The notes below the pieces were generated by a model. That model was given only the letters and a program-made list of their open reading frames with translations. It was not told where the DNA came from and made no database searches. A stretch of 63,951 bases of DNA, counting the filler, from Octopus bimaculoides (taxonomy: Eukaryota): the NCBI RefSeq assembly GCF_001194135.2. It is 6 parts of 6 records of this genome, joined end to end, with 100 filler letters (N's around TTAATTAATTAA, not from the genome) between each part and the next. Parts side by side here need not be neighbours in the genome. Positions count along the whole stretch, not along the records: positions 1 to 31,776 come from NC_068988.1; 5 more parts are not named here. One strand, given 5' to 3'. Position 1 is the first letter of the stretch. Every line of letters begins with the position of its first letter. Made by a program: the position numbers and the translations under genes. Shown here one piece after another: positions 12,431-24,365 of the stretch.

Positions 12431-13704
12431 TAGACTATGGATGATTAAATTATAACAGTTATTATAGTCCACTGTTGTTATTCAAGACATTATATTTTGA
12501 AATGAAATAATGTCATTGAACTTATAAAATGTTTTCGTCATCCCACAATTATTATTCTTAGCTCTTTGACGCGTATTGTCTTAAATTAGTTAATTCTAAA
12601 CTTAACTACGTTTTTTTTTTCATGTTGATAGCACATGTAAGTAAATACAACACACTATGTTCGTAACGTTCTAACTAGTTTGCTACTCTCTCCCCACCTC
12701 TCCCATCGTCCCAATTGCAGGAAGTAGCAGTCAAATGTCTTTCAAATTCCAATCAATCATCTAAAAATAAATATGTTATCTACATAATTGAGTGTTGGAT
12801 GTAATATGCCAGAAAAGCAAGCGGGGTGGTGTCACGTCTGGAACTCTGTTGAAACGATCAAAATTTGATACACAACAATGAACCATGTAGCATGTAGTTC
12901 AACCAGTTATACCATGAACTGACAAGACAATATTGTCACACTATCGTCTAGAAATATCAATCAAATCACCCTCAAATTTACTGTTTACTGTCATAAATAA
13001 AGAAGGATACATTGGCCACACAATCACAGTTACCTCATATTCTTTCTTTCTCACCCTCTCTCTCTCCATATATATACAAATTTATATATATATATATATA
13101 TATATATAATTATACATANNNNNNNNNNATATATATACACACACACACACACATATATATATAAATACATACATATATATATGTATATAACATATGGTAT
13201 GATTATAAATGGCAAATTTTGCCAGTTCTCTGCAGATTGAAAAAATATATATAAACAACCATAATCGATTTTCGAACCTTTTGGGGTTCTCATCAAAGGG
13301 ATCTACAACTAGTCTTCTGAAAATAACCAGCCAAACTGTTTATATACTCAACACATGCAGCAGTTACTCTATGAAGGTTTCCCTAATTTGCATACCGAAA
13401 ATGTTTAACACTCTATAAATACCAGCGGCCTGTCAACGAGGATCTTAATCCACACAGTATCAAGGTATGCATGATTAGATTATATAAAAACATGAACTGC
13501 ATCAAAGCGAAATAGTAACGTCGATGTTAGCATTAGTGCAATTAGAAATTTTAATTAATTAAGAGTCAATTAACTAAATGATCGATTTTGGTCAAGAAAG
13601 ATAATGTTGGGTTGACAATTCACACATTTAATTTAATAAAAATTAATGAAGGCGAGACTGTAGATCATGCAATATGGAATTTAATCTTGGCAGTTCTGCT
13701 ACAA

Positions 13705-13745
13705 CTCTGGACATGTTTCGGTCTTATTAGAGTTCTTCAGTAAAG
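13705..13745 (-). ncRNA. Decayed type I hammerhead motif
   Basis: Minus strand CTTTA-CTGAAGA-ACTC-TAATAA-GACC-GAAAC-AT-GTC-CAGAG. Core and ACATGT palindrome intact; outer helix II pairs broken. Confidence 0.5.
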
Positions 13746-13819
13746 ATGACTAGTAAGGTTAGTTCTAACTAGTTCTTACAAGTAAGATCAGAGTAGTTAA
13801 CCAAAGCAATCTAACGAAC

Positions 13820-14115
13820 TAAAAGTACACACGTTGTATGCTTTGGTTGCATTTGGCATCGACAGGTATGATGGATTTTTCCGTCGAAGACAACGCATGA
13901 GCGTTCAGCTTTTGCCAAACAACATGCACAAATGATTTGTTTATAGTGATCAAATGTATGTGCCATATATTGCCTCAATCTCTCCATCAAATCGACGTTG
14001 CCTGGGCAGGTGTAATGTGTACCACGCGTCAGATGCCGAAGTGATCGCAAAGCAACGTGAGATGAAGTGTTTTGCTCAAGAACACAACGCACCACCCGGT
14101 CTAAACTCTCTTTTT
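13820..14115 (-). mobile_element. SINE with a family C-like segment and a third body type
   Basis: GCAACGTGAGATGAAGTGTTTTGCTCAAGAACACAACGC is shared with 45091-45228. Confidence 0.7.
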
Positions 14116-14209
14116 ACTGAGCGTCAAACTAATACAGTCCATGTGCACGTCCTTTTGTTGTCTGTGGCTATTTTAAACGTTCGATTTTTCGATTTGACTA
14201 CATATGTAT

Positions 14210-14276
<67 letters not shown>

Positions 14277-14320
14277 CACACACACACACACACACGCACA
14301 CGTATATATGTGTGTGCGTA

Positions 14321-14673
14321 TCTCTTATCTTTTACTTGTTTCAGTCATTTGATTGCGACCAAACTGGGGCACCGTCTTGAAGGGTTTAATCGAAGAAATT
14401 GATCTCAGGACTTTTTTCTAAGCCTAATACTGATGCTATCGGTATCTTTTTACGAGCCACTAAGTTACGGGGACGTAAACACACCATCACCGGTTGTCAA
14501 GCGGTGGCGGGAAACAAACACAGACACAAAGACGCACACATAGATATCTACATTTTCAGTGTCTGTCTACCAGATCCATTCACAAGGCTTTGGTCGGCCC
14601 GGGGCTACAGTAGAAGATACTTATCCAAGGAGCCGTGCAATGGGACTGAACCCGGAACTATGTGGTTGGGAGC
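14321..14673 (-). mobile_element. SINE family A
   Basis: Reverse complement aligns with 831-1192 and 33011-33204. Confidence 0.9.
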
Positions 14674-16531
14674 ACGCACACACACACACGCCTGTTTCTC
14701 TGTATATGAGTATTTTGCGTGTGCGTGTGCATGTGTGTGTGTGTGCGCGCGCGCGTGTAAAGCATATGTGTGGGTGGTGTTTTTGTTGTTGTATGTTTAC
14801 GTTCACCCAATGACGAGAAAGGTACAAAGGTCAAAGTGTATTTTTTTGTAAAAGAAAAAAGGGAAAAAAAACGACACGCGAGCAAGAAATATAAGAGAAG
14901 CAATAAGAATAACAAGTGGTCACCGGAGCAGGGTTTGATTTCACCGTGTCATCGTTGGCTTGCTATTGTAATATGATTCTGAACAGTTCGGGTTTCTCCT
15001 AAATAAGTAACAAATGGATATCTTAGGTGTTCACCATTTGAGTGATAACACATACAAACACACACAAAAACACATACAAGCACAAACACGCACATATGCA
15101 CACAAACACAAGCACATGCACATACACACATTCAGTTACATACTTAAATGTACTGAGGTATAATTCTTAGATCGGCAGCAAAGGATAAGAGATCACGAAG
15201 TGGGGGAAATACGTACTGCTTACAACAGCATCGTCATTTTCAACAAAGCATTACAAGTACATAACATTGACAATTTGAATAACAATAAAAAAATAAAAAA
15301 TAGTATTAACAGTAGGGTGTGGTCGGTTTAAGAACACTATCACTTTTCACTCAGGCCAGAAAAATACCCATCTACGTCTTCGATAAGCTATAAGAAACTA
15401 CATATAACACCATATCAAGATTAATATTTCTCCCAATCAGGCTTAGCAAACAATCAGTCACCTCTAGAGGCTACTTTGAAACCATTGATCTAGCAAGAAA
15501 ACTCCTGAGGCCACTCATTATGTTAGAAATAGAAACCATATCTCCAGGGCTGGTAATAGGAGGTGTGGGGCCCAATTAGAGAATTGTTAGTGAAGCCCTC
15601 TATTCTACAAAAGCTGAAGATAGACGTTTTATGCTTCGCATTGTACGCCAGTTCTACCCAAAATGCGTTGAGGGCCTTGATATACTAAAAGTTCGTTATA
15701 GTGTCCTCTGTTCAAGCATGTACCCAGGGCCCTCTCTTGACACGAGGTTCTGTTTAAATAGCTTTAAACCGGCCCTGCATATTTCAGATCATAATTCTTC
15801 CAGTCACTTGAAGTTCTTCAAATTTACCCCCAGATTGTTCTCAAAATATGCTGTTCTAATGTAACTTTTGCTTGTTAATGACGAAAATCACATTAATTTT
15901 TGTTTAGAAATTAATAATAAAGTATTAATAATTTACACGTATTTAAAATTATGTGATTTTAGCAAATGGAAGCCTCGATTGCTGAATATACCAAAAGTTG
16001 TAATTGCTTGTCCTCATAGGAGTAGCAAACATGAAACCTTTACTGGTTTTTCTTGCCTGCTACAAAATAGTAGCCAAATCTTCTTTAAACTACATCGTTA
16101 CGTTAAAAAAATATAACAGAAAAACGGAAAGAACACTGCGCCACAGCACTGTCTAATTCTTTGCTTGAAGCAGGTCCTGGTGCTTTCTACTTATTGAGTA
16201 TTAAAAACAAGTAAATTGAAATCGCAACACCCTTAAAGACAGGAGCTTTTCAGCACACCCTCGTAACTGATGCTGTTTTGAGATCCAAATTTCATGATTT
16301 ATTTCTTTCAGATCTAAATTATTGAATATAAATTTTTTAATGAATATTTTTCTATTAAATTTCAAGCAAAAAATATGTTTTGTTTTAGTACTTCAGCTTT
16401 ATGTTCAATTCATATAACACTGGTAAGTTAATACTTATTTAAAATCGAAATCGTCATATTTCTTCGTTCTAATTTGTTTCTATTCAAGTGCACAAATATT
16501 AATCCATTTTCATTACACACACATACATATA

Positions 16532-16570
<39 letters not shown>

Positions 16571-16711
16571 CTTTGCCTTATTTAGTAATTTCCCTAAATA
16601 TTTAATTTAGCAGACACTATTCCGTGCAAATTACTTAAAAAGAAGTACGTACTAGAGAGATTAGTAAAAGTAAATGAGTGTAAACCACTTGTTTAATCGG
16701 TTTTATTTGCC

Positions 16712-16942
16712 GGAGATGTAAACACACCAACACCGGTTGTCAAGCGGTGGTGGGGAACACACATATTTATATATATACGACGAGTTTCTTTCAGTTTCCA
16801 TCTACCAAATCCATTCACAGGACTTTAGTTGGCCCGAGGTTAATAGTAGAAGACACTTGTCCCAGGTGCCATGGAGTGGGGTTGAACCCAGAACCATGAG
16901 GTTGGGAAGCAATCGTCTTACATACACAACCACGCCTGCGCC
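16712..16942 (-). mobile_element. SINE family A, 5' two-thirds
   Basis: Reverse-complement similarity to family A head and body. Confidence 0.85.
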
Positions 16943-17189
16943 TAAATATAAACGAACACGTAGGTAATACAGTTAGGTTTATACAATATTCCAAAATAGA
17001 TGGAATGTTTATGGACGAAATTCGTTTGAATGTTTATGGATGAAATTCGATCTCGATGTTAATGCCTAAATAAATAAGTAAAAAGTAGGGCCGTTGTGGT
17101 TTGAACACCTTTAATTAGAATTCAAATGTTTGACTATTCTTAATTTGTAATATCCAACTATTATTCAACGAGTAATCAATATGATCACC

Positions 17190-17234
17190 CGTTTACTTAT
17201 AATATGCGGTTAGAGGGTAGAAACGCGTAAAACG
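17190..17234 (+). ncRNA. Possible heavily decayed hammerhead relic
   Basis: CGTTT-A-CTTATAA-TATGC-GGTTAGA-GGGTA-GAAAC-GC-GTA-AAACG. ACGCGT palindrome and helix I arms (CGTTT/AAACG) present; core and helix II mutated. Confidence 0.3.
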
Positions 17235-17909
17235 TTCATGACTTTTATATGTAAGCCATTTAAGCAACGTAAGAAAAGTTAAGCGAAGCGAAACGGTTAC
17301 AAAGGGGGGTATCGAACCCGGAATGCTGTGTCATCATGATAGTGCTTCTGCTAGGGAATTTAATCAGCCCCACCACACTCCAAGGTCTAGGCTCTTATAT
17401 CAACACTTTGCATATCTAATCCACTCACGCAGACGTAAATTGAGCCACCGTTTAGTATCACATGTAGTTTGGACCACGCGTGAAACAAAGGTTTTTCTTT
17501 TCTCTTTCTTTACTTTTTTATTATTTTGTTTGTGGTGGGGTTATTCTCTTTCTTTTAGATTTTCTTTTCATTCTTTTTCTCTACTTTTTTTGATATGCGT
17601 TTTATTTGCGTGTGCGTGTGTGTATATGTATGTGGAGCGGGGGCAGAAAGATCAAAAATGTCAGAAGTGGGAGAGAGGGAGAGAGAGAAAGTATGTACTT
17701 ACGTACTTGAGAATGTTGTGAGTGTAATGAAACATGTTAACCTCAGTCTACGTAAGAGCTTCATCCCCTATTAAAGACAAAAAATTAAAAACTTATAGAA
17801 AAAATAAATGCCTAATGGTATACATACACATACATACATATACATACATGCATGCATAAATACATGCATACATACATACATACATACATACATACATTAC
17901 ATACATAGG

Positions 17910-18480
17910 ATGAAAGGATGAGCCTATATGAGCAGAAAACTATGCATGGGTATGTTAGTAGAAAGCTCCAAGATGATAGTAGCATCGATCATCAAAGCAG
18001 TTTATCATGGAGCAATAGCCGGTTTACTACTTGCCATCCGAAAAGATGCTTGACCAGCGATAAATGTAGAGAACCCCCCACTCCTGCTGAAATTGAAGGC
18101 ATACGTAAACATCAACACAAGGAATATTGTTGGAACATTCCTATCAGAACTGCTATCAGATATAACAGACCAGACTTCGTTATTTGGTACAGAGAAGAAA
18201 AAGTATGTCGCACCATAGAGATTTCTTCGAAAATCAAAAAGTAACAGGAGAACTACGTTCAGCTGCTTCGAAATCTTCAGCTTCTATAACCAGATTATAA
18301 ATTCGCATCTATACCAATAATGATTGATCCACTTGATTTTGTAAGTAAATGACGAAGTGACAATCTGGGAAAGTTGGGTTTTCAGAAAATCAACCAACTA
18401 ACATGCACATTACAAACACAAACTATAAGCGGAACAGTAAAAATATGGAAGACGTTTCTCAAGTTCAAAATGTGAATTTA
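17910..18480 (+). mobile_element. RLE-type LINE C-terminal relic with deletions
   Basis: MHGYVSRKL...WNIPIRTAIRYNRPDFVIWYREEKVCRTIEIS...LLRNLQLL.PDYKF..IPIMI...TISGTVKIWKTFLKF (RPD...E nuclease pattern). Confidence 0.8.
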
Positions 18481-19479
18481 TTTTTGTTATCTACATACCA
18501 ACGACGAAAATTTGTATCTTTGGTCCTTACAGGCAAATTTCTGCATGAAAACATTAAGTATGGAGTTAGATATATTTATTAAGTACGATAAGTATAAACA
18601 CTTTTGTTTTGTAAACAGATCTTTAAAATCTACCAGAACCTAAGCATAACAAAACAAATTTAAATCTTACTCTTAACCTACATAGATTACATGGTAATCA
18701 TCAATCTCAAGTTTATATAATATTAAGTATAATTACATCAAAAGAAGTGTAAAATAAACAGTGTTTATGGATAGTAAATCTCACATTTGTTATCAGTTGC
18801 TGTTATTCACATTATTTATAAACCTGTGTTGTTTTGTATTTTCAATTTTAATTAAATGTTTTATCAGAAGGTTTAGTGCATATTAATTATATATAATACA
18901 TCTAAAGTTACGTTGCGCAGTGATGCAATATCATTGTAACATAAAGATCTCAATTCTGTTACTATCATGAAAATACTTTCACAACAATATAAGATTAGTG
19001 TTAGTATAATATACAGAAGACAAAATGTAGTGAGCTATACGAGGACTGTCAAAAAGAAAGCGAACTCTCAAACAGCACACCAAGTTGCTTGAGCAGTGAC
19101 ATTACAACGGCAATGTTGCGTATGGATGATCTTGACCTTCATTCTTCTAATAGCAATTTTACGCCACGTCATTTAGCTATTGATACACCTATGCTGAAGT
19201 GAACGTATGCTTAATGCACTTGACGATTAGTCACAAGTTGAACAATGAAGTATTTGGAAGAGTAATATGTTTGTGTGAAATTCGGGGAAAATTTTTACAA
19301 CGATATTTCTCACGTTGCAACACACCTTTCAGAAAGATTGAGCAGAAATATGTCACAAGTGATACTAGTATTACTAGTAAGGAAGATCACCAGCTAAAAG
19401 TGATCCTGAATTTGGACGATAATTCATGAAATAGAACAATCACATTGTTAAAGTGTGTATCATGAACAGTGGAAATCAC

Positions 19480-19620
19480 TGCCTGGTTCTTCTGTGAATT
19501 TTCCGATGAAGTAGGCATCATTAAAAGTTCATACAGCATGATTTTAAAGGAAAAATTAAAGATGCATCGAGTTGCTACAAAGTTTGTGCTGCATCTGCAG
19601 ACAGAACAATAAAAGAAGCA
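19480..19620 (+). mobile_element. Mariner transposase linker fragment
   Basis: EVGII..S.SMILKEKLKMHRVATKFV matches the mariner IL...L.M..V.AKFVP region. Confidence 0.6.
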
Positions 19621-20332
19621 AGTTACAGTCAGAAGTTATTTGATCGATTAAATCTGATGGAAACTTTTTTTTTAATGTTTTTAAACGTCACGAAATGCTT
19701 TCTATGTCTATAGAATCGAATCAAAAGGGCCGGCATCGCAGTGATTTGGACGATCATCGTTGCGACTAATTCTTTCAGAATCTCTTTAATGTGAATGTAA
19801 TATTGATCTTTTTTACTGAACGGGCGTTGTTCATCGTCAACGGTAAGATTATCATCAATGTTTAAACAAGATGCAGCGTGGAGGAAAAAGTACAACTAAA
19901 AAGAAGAAAGAAAAACATTGATGCTGCACCATAACAGAACACCTACTAACAAGTCACTTCCTATGTGCAACTTATTGGTAAAGTGCACACTGATTATTGA
20001 TCAAAATACTATACAAATTGATATTTACTTAATAGGATGAGAATTCAGAAACCTTGAGTTAAAATAATATATAATATAGAAAAGAAAAAATTAATATATA
20101 TATAAGAGGTGAAACAATGTTGTTGAACACAAATATGGAAAGATTCACAAAAAGATAATGTGATACAAGATCTTAGTGGTTCTAAAGCATTAAAACAATT
20201 GTGTAGTATTATTATTGATAAAAGTAGCAAATTATGAGCACAAAATTTCACGGGTATTCTTAAATAAAGGCAAGACTATAAAAATCCTGATATAAAAAAG
20301 TACAAAGATACAAAATAGAAATACATGCTTTA

Positions 20333-21264
20333 CGAGGTATCAAAAGTTTCCGGACTACTTCTGTAGCGCGCCAACAGATAGCAACACACGGTTGCGTGCA
20401 CAATGAGAGCAAGCGGTGACCTTCTTCATGCAGGAAGCCGAGTGACATTGCTGTGTTTACTTCGAAACTTGTGAAACTTGTGCCTTACTGATCGACTATA
20501 TGCTGTAGTCTGCTATTTTGTCATGGACAGAAGTAAAAAGCCAATGTGAAATTTTGAGTTAAACTTGGAAATTCTGCTACAGAGACATTGAGCATGCATC
20601 AGCAAGCTTACGGCGACGAGGCAATGGGTCGTACGCAATGTTTCGGGTGGCACGGGCGTTTCAAAATCGGAAGAACGTCTCTGGAAGATGATTAGTAATC
20701 TGGAAGACCTTCCACGAGCTTCACTACCGGAAATGTGATATTGTGCATCGAGAATTCGTCTCCCAGGGCCAGACCGTCAATCGATAATTCTACTGGGGCG
20801 TTTTGAAGCGTTTGAGAGAGAACATTTGACGAAAATGACCGGATCTGTGGAGAACAAAGAGCTGGATTCTTCACGATGACAATGCACCCAATGCACTGAG
20901 CTCTCCTCACTCCTGAGTTTCTCCGCTCTCTTCGCCAGATTTAGCACCTGCGGACTTCCATCTCTTCCTCAAGATGAATAGGCAACTCAAAGGTCACCGT
21001 TTTCACACCGTTGTCGAACTCTAAGGTCACCGTTGTCGAACTCTAAGGTCACCGTTGTTTTAACATCAGAGCGAATCGCAGAAAGTCTTTGACCCGCTTA
21101 CGGAAAATGACTTCCAGACCAGATTCCAAATGTGGTAGGAACGCCGGAACTGGTGTAGTGCTGGGCAAGGTGACTATTTCAAAGGAGATTATATTAAAAC
21201 GTAGTTAAATAGATTATTTTTTTATTAAACTTAGCTAGTTCTGGAACTTTATGATGACACCTCC
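20333..21264 (+). mobile_element. Internally deleted mariner element with both TIRs and TA target flanks
   Basis: TA-CGAGGTATCAAAAGTTTCCGGACT at 20331; the reverse complement of the right end reads TA-GGAGGTGTCATCATAAAGTTCCAGAACT (ending 21266). HTH region KLGNSATETLSM.QQAYGDEAMGRTQCF, WILHDDNAP and PDLAPADFHLF present; central third deleted. Confidence 0.9.
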
Positions 21265-21530
21265 TATGTCACTTTCCTGTTTTGTTGCGTTTTGTTTTGT
21301 TTTTGTTTGTTTTTTTATGCATCTCATAAGAACATTTATGGGATAAAATCTAAAAGTTTTAGGTTTACCGAATCTATCAATCACTTTTTGAATTAATTCA
21401 TGAGAATTTATAAATCACTGTCTGAATGAATTCATATTTACTCATCAATATCTTTGTTCGATGAACACCCATCATATACAGTTCAGATAAACGTTAATAA
21501 ATTATTGTTAACGTTAAAAAAAGTTATTGT

Positions 21531-21838
21531 GTGAAGGCGCGTGGATCAGTGGTTAGGGAATCCGACACACGGTTTTGAGTTCGATTCTTGGTCTGGTGGT
21601 GCTTTGTGTCTTTGAGTAAGACACTCCATTTCACGTTGCTTCAGTCCACTAAGTTGGCAAGAACAAGTTGTACCTGTAATTCCAAAGGGCAGTTTGTTAC
21701 TGAATCTTCCTGACAACCATGTTAAGGGTACGCGTATCTGTGACGTGCTCAGCCACTTGCACATTAATTTTACGAGCAGGGCTATTCCGTTGATTGGAGC
21801 AACCAGAACACTCGTCGTCGCTATCGACGGAGGGACAG
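21531..21838 (+). mobile_element. tRNA-derived SINE family C (tRNA-Arg-like head)
   Basis: GGCGCGTGG..AGTGGTTAGG...GTTCGATTC head; body GCTCAGCCACTTGC...CCGTTGAT. Confidence 0.9.
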
Positions 21839-22439
21839 TTTAATACAATATTGTTGAGTGTAGCCAGATACTTACTTTTGTAATTGAGCAACCACGATAA
21901 CATGACATCGGTATCATTATCACTTAAAACCTACTGCGGTTTTAAAATAACAACTTAGCCTAAAATTCATAGTTTCGGGACACTAATATCATTATCGTCT
22001 TAACTCACGGCAGTTGAAAAATGACATCATAGTATTAACTAAAGCAGAAATGAGGAACCTTTTAATGTTAGAAGGTCATATTGAAGTTACTGCACTTTGA
22101 TATGGACGCATTAAAAGAAGTTTTATATTGCTAAACGGTTATTTTATAAAATATAATTATTCATAATTTTTTTTAAATGGAAACAAATTTTAACAGCCGC
22201 ACACTAAATATATAAAAGCAATTATTTGGTCAATGAAAAGCGTGGTTAAATATAAACGTGCTCACGGACGTCCGCTTGGTAACAAATGAATGTTTGTGTT
22301 AGAACCACTGTATTACAACTGTATTGACCAGACTATCAGGGATCGTTATACACCACCGGTCACAATGTACTTACTCAATGTTGTAGCTTTCGAATGATGC
22401 TACCCCGTTGCATAAATAGGCAGTCAACACATAGCTCCT

Positions 22440-23005
22440 GAGGATCCGTATAATATTTTGGGGGGTCCACAATACAACATAGTAAATTGGGGATCCACAA
22501 TAGTATTTTAAGAAACCCTGAAAAACGTTTGCTTTGGATGTATGTATTGGTATGTGTTGTAGGAAACAGCAAGGCTTCTTTCTCTAACATTTTACATAGA
22601 TCAACCTACACAAGTTAATGTGTGAAAAACAAAATAGGAATTTTGAAAGAAGTTTCCATAAAGCTAGTTTTTAAACATCAAATAGCTATGAGGGTTCGTC
22701 AGAATAAAATAATAACCAAAGGGGGTCCACGCAAGCAAAATAGTAAATTGGGAATCTACAGAGTAGTTTAAGGGCTCCTGAAAAAATTTCGATTTAGATG
22801 TAGTTACAGCAAGAAACAGCTTGGTTTCTTTCTTTAACGTTTAACATACTTCAACGAACACAAGTAAATATTTGAAAAGCAAAATAGGAATTTTGAAAGA
22901 AGTGTCTAAAACTAGATTTTAAACATTGAATGGCTATGGGAATCCACCAGAATAAAATAGTAATCTAAGGGGTCCATAGTTAAAGAAAATGGTTGAGGAA
23001 CCCTG
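22440..23005. repeat. Diverged tandem of about 250-260-bp units ending in a hAT-MITE-like terminus
   Basis: GGGGTCCA restarts at 22461, 22721 and 22969. Identical 24-mer at 22630 and 22880. End GGTTGAGGAACCCTG resembles a hAT TIR. Confidence 0.6.
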
Positions 23006-23072
23006 AGATGGAGGCTCACTGCTAGGAGAGAAGTTAAAAGGTATATCTAGAGAAACTACAACGTAGTCAAAG

Positions 23073-23640
23073 TTAACTAGTGAAACGCGAGAAAAGACAG
23101 CCGTGATCTGATAAGAGACAAAAGATCAAAGAGGAAAGGATTATGGTTTTCATGATCCGAATAAAAAAATAAGTACGATGAAAATCTGACAATAAGATTG
23201 AGAAATTAAAGACATGAGTTCTAGAAGGATCATTGGTTTTAGAATTGAGCTCATTAATATGATGTGCATTGAGATTACAGAAGACATTAATGTTTATTTT
23301 TAAGGGACAGCATGATATGACCGGGTTAGTTTTGTCGTGTACTACATTAATGGGACCGCAATGTTGTGTAGATAGAGAGAGATAAAAGGGAAATTGAGAG
23401 GTAGAATGTAGGAAGGTAAGGTGAATAAACACATAAAGGAAGGAATGGGTAAAGGATTCAAACCTAAATTCACGTGCACGTGGAAGATTATTAAAAGCGT
23501 AGGCACCAGGATCATTTACATAATGGACAGAGTCTTTTCGATGAATATGAAGGTACCATTTGACAAATAATTCAAAACTAGTAATATTAGGGCTAAAGTT
23601 AGTCTCACACAGAGCCAAGAATTTTTCTGTAGAAAAGAAC
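23073..23640 (-). mobile_element. CR1-group LINE APE endonuclease relic
   Basis: ALCETN...RKDS..., VFCNLNAHH (degenerate GDFNAHH), NFSI, ...LIFCLLSD follow the APE motif order. Confidence 0.75.
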
Positions 23641-23744
23641 TAATGAAAGAAAACTTGCAACGAAACCTCGAATGTTAGTGGAAAAGTCAGAGGTTTGGGT
23701 GATGAATTCGATCTTTGTTTTCTACTTGGTTTATTACCATATTT

Positions 23745-24365
23745 TGTCGATCTCTGGAGGATAAAAGATGATGTTAACCTCGGCGGAATTTGAACTCAGG
23801 ACATAAAAAGGACGCAACTAAAAATCATAGGGATTTGTGGATGACGTTCTGCCGATTTTACTAATGCATCACCCTCAGCCTGTGCAAGTAATATCAATGT
23901 CTAACGTAGTTACAATGTCCGAAGTCTTTAGAGAAGTTATTATCCACGTTACATTAAAGGTGGCGATCTAGCAGAATCGTTAGATCCTCGGTATAAAGGC
24001 TTTGCGGTATTTATTCGTGCTCTTTGAACGTTCTTAATGAGGTCGACTTTGCCTTTACTCATTTCGGGGTCAATAAAATAAAGTACTTTTTCAAGTTCAG
24101 TGGTATCGACTATATCTCTCCTCTCAAACTTGCTGGCCATTATCTTGTTCTTCAGAGGAAGGTATATTCTTACTCTCTTTTTCCACTGACATCTGGAATG
24201 CCTTATTGAAACATTTAGTCAGCCTCACTGTTAGGTTGACACTATATTTCTACAGGTCTTGTAAGGATGAAGATGCAGTTGACCTCGGCGGGATCTGAAC
24301 TTAGAATGAAAAGGGCTGTATCTAAACACCGCCAGGTATTTTGCCCGGCCCGGTGCTCTAAGGAT
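23745..24365. mobile_element. Cluster of three decayed family B SINEs in -,+,- orientation
   Basis: About 23745-23875 (-), 23958-24150 (+), 24256-24365 (-); shared GACCTCGGCGG/GAGGTCGAC core. Confidence 0.7.

Noticed and set aside
21006-21058. CRISPR-like array
   Set aside because: Head-to-tail repeats with no spacers, inside a mariner, in a eukaryotic context with no cas genes.
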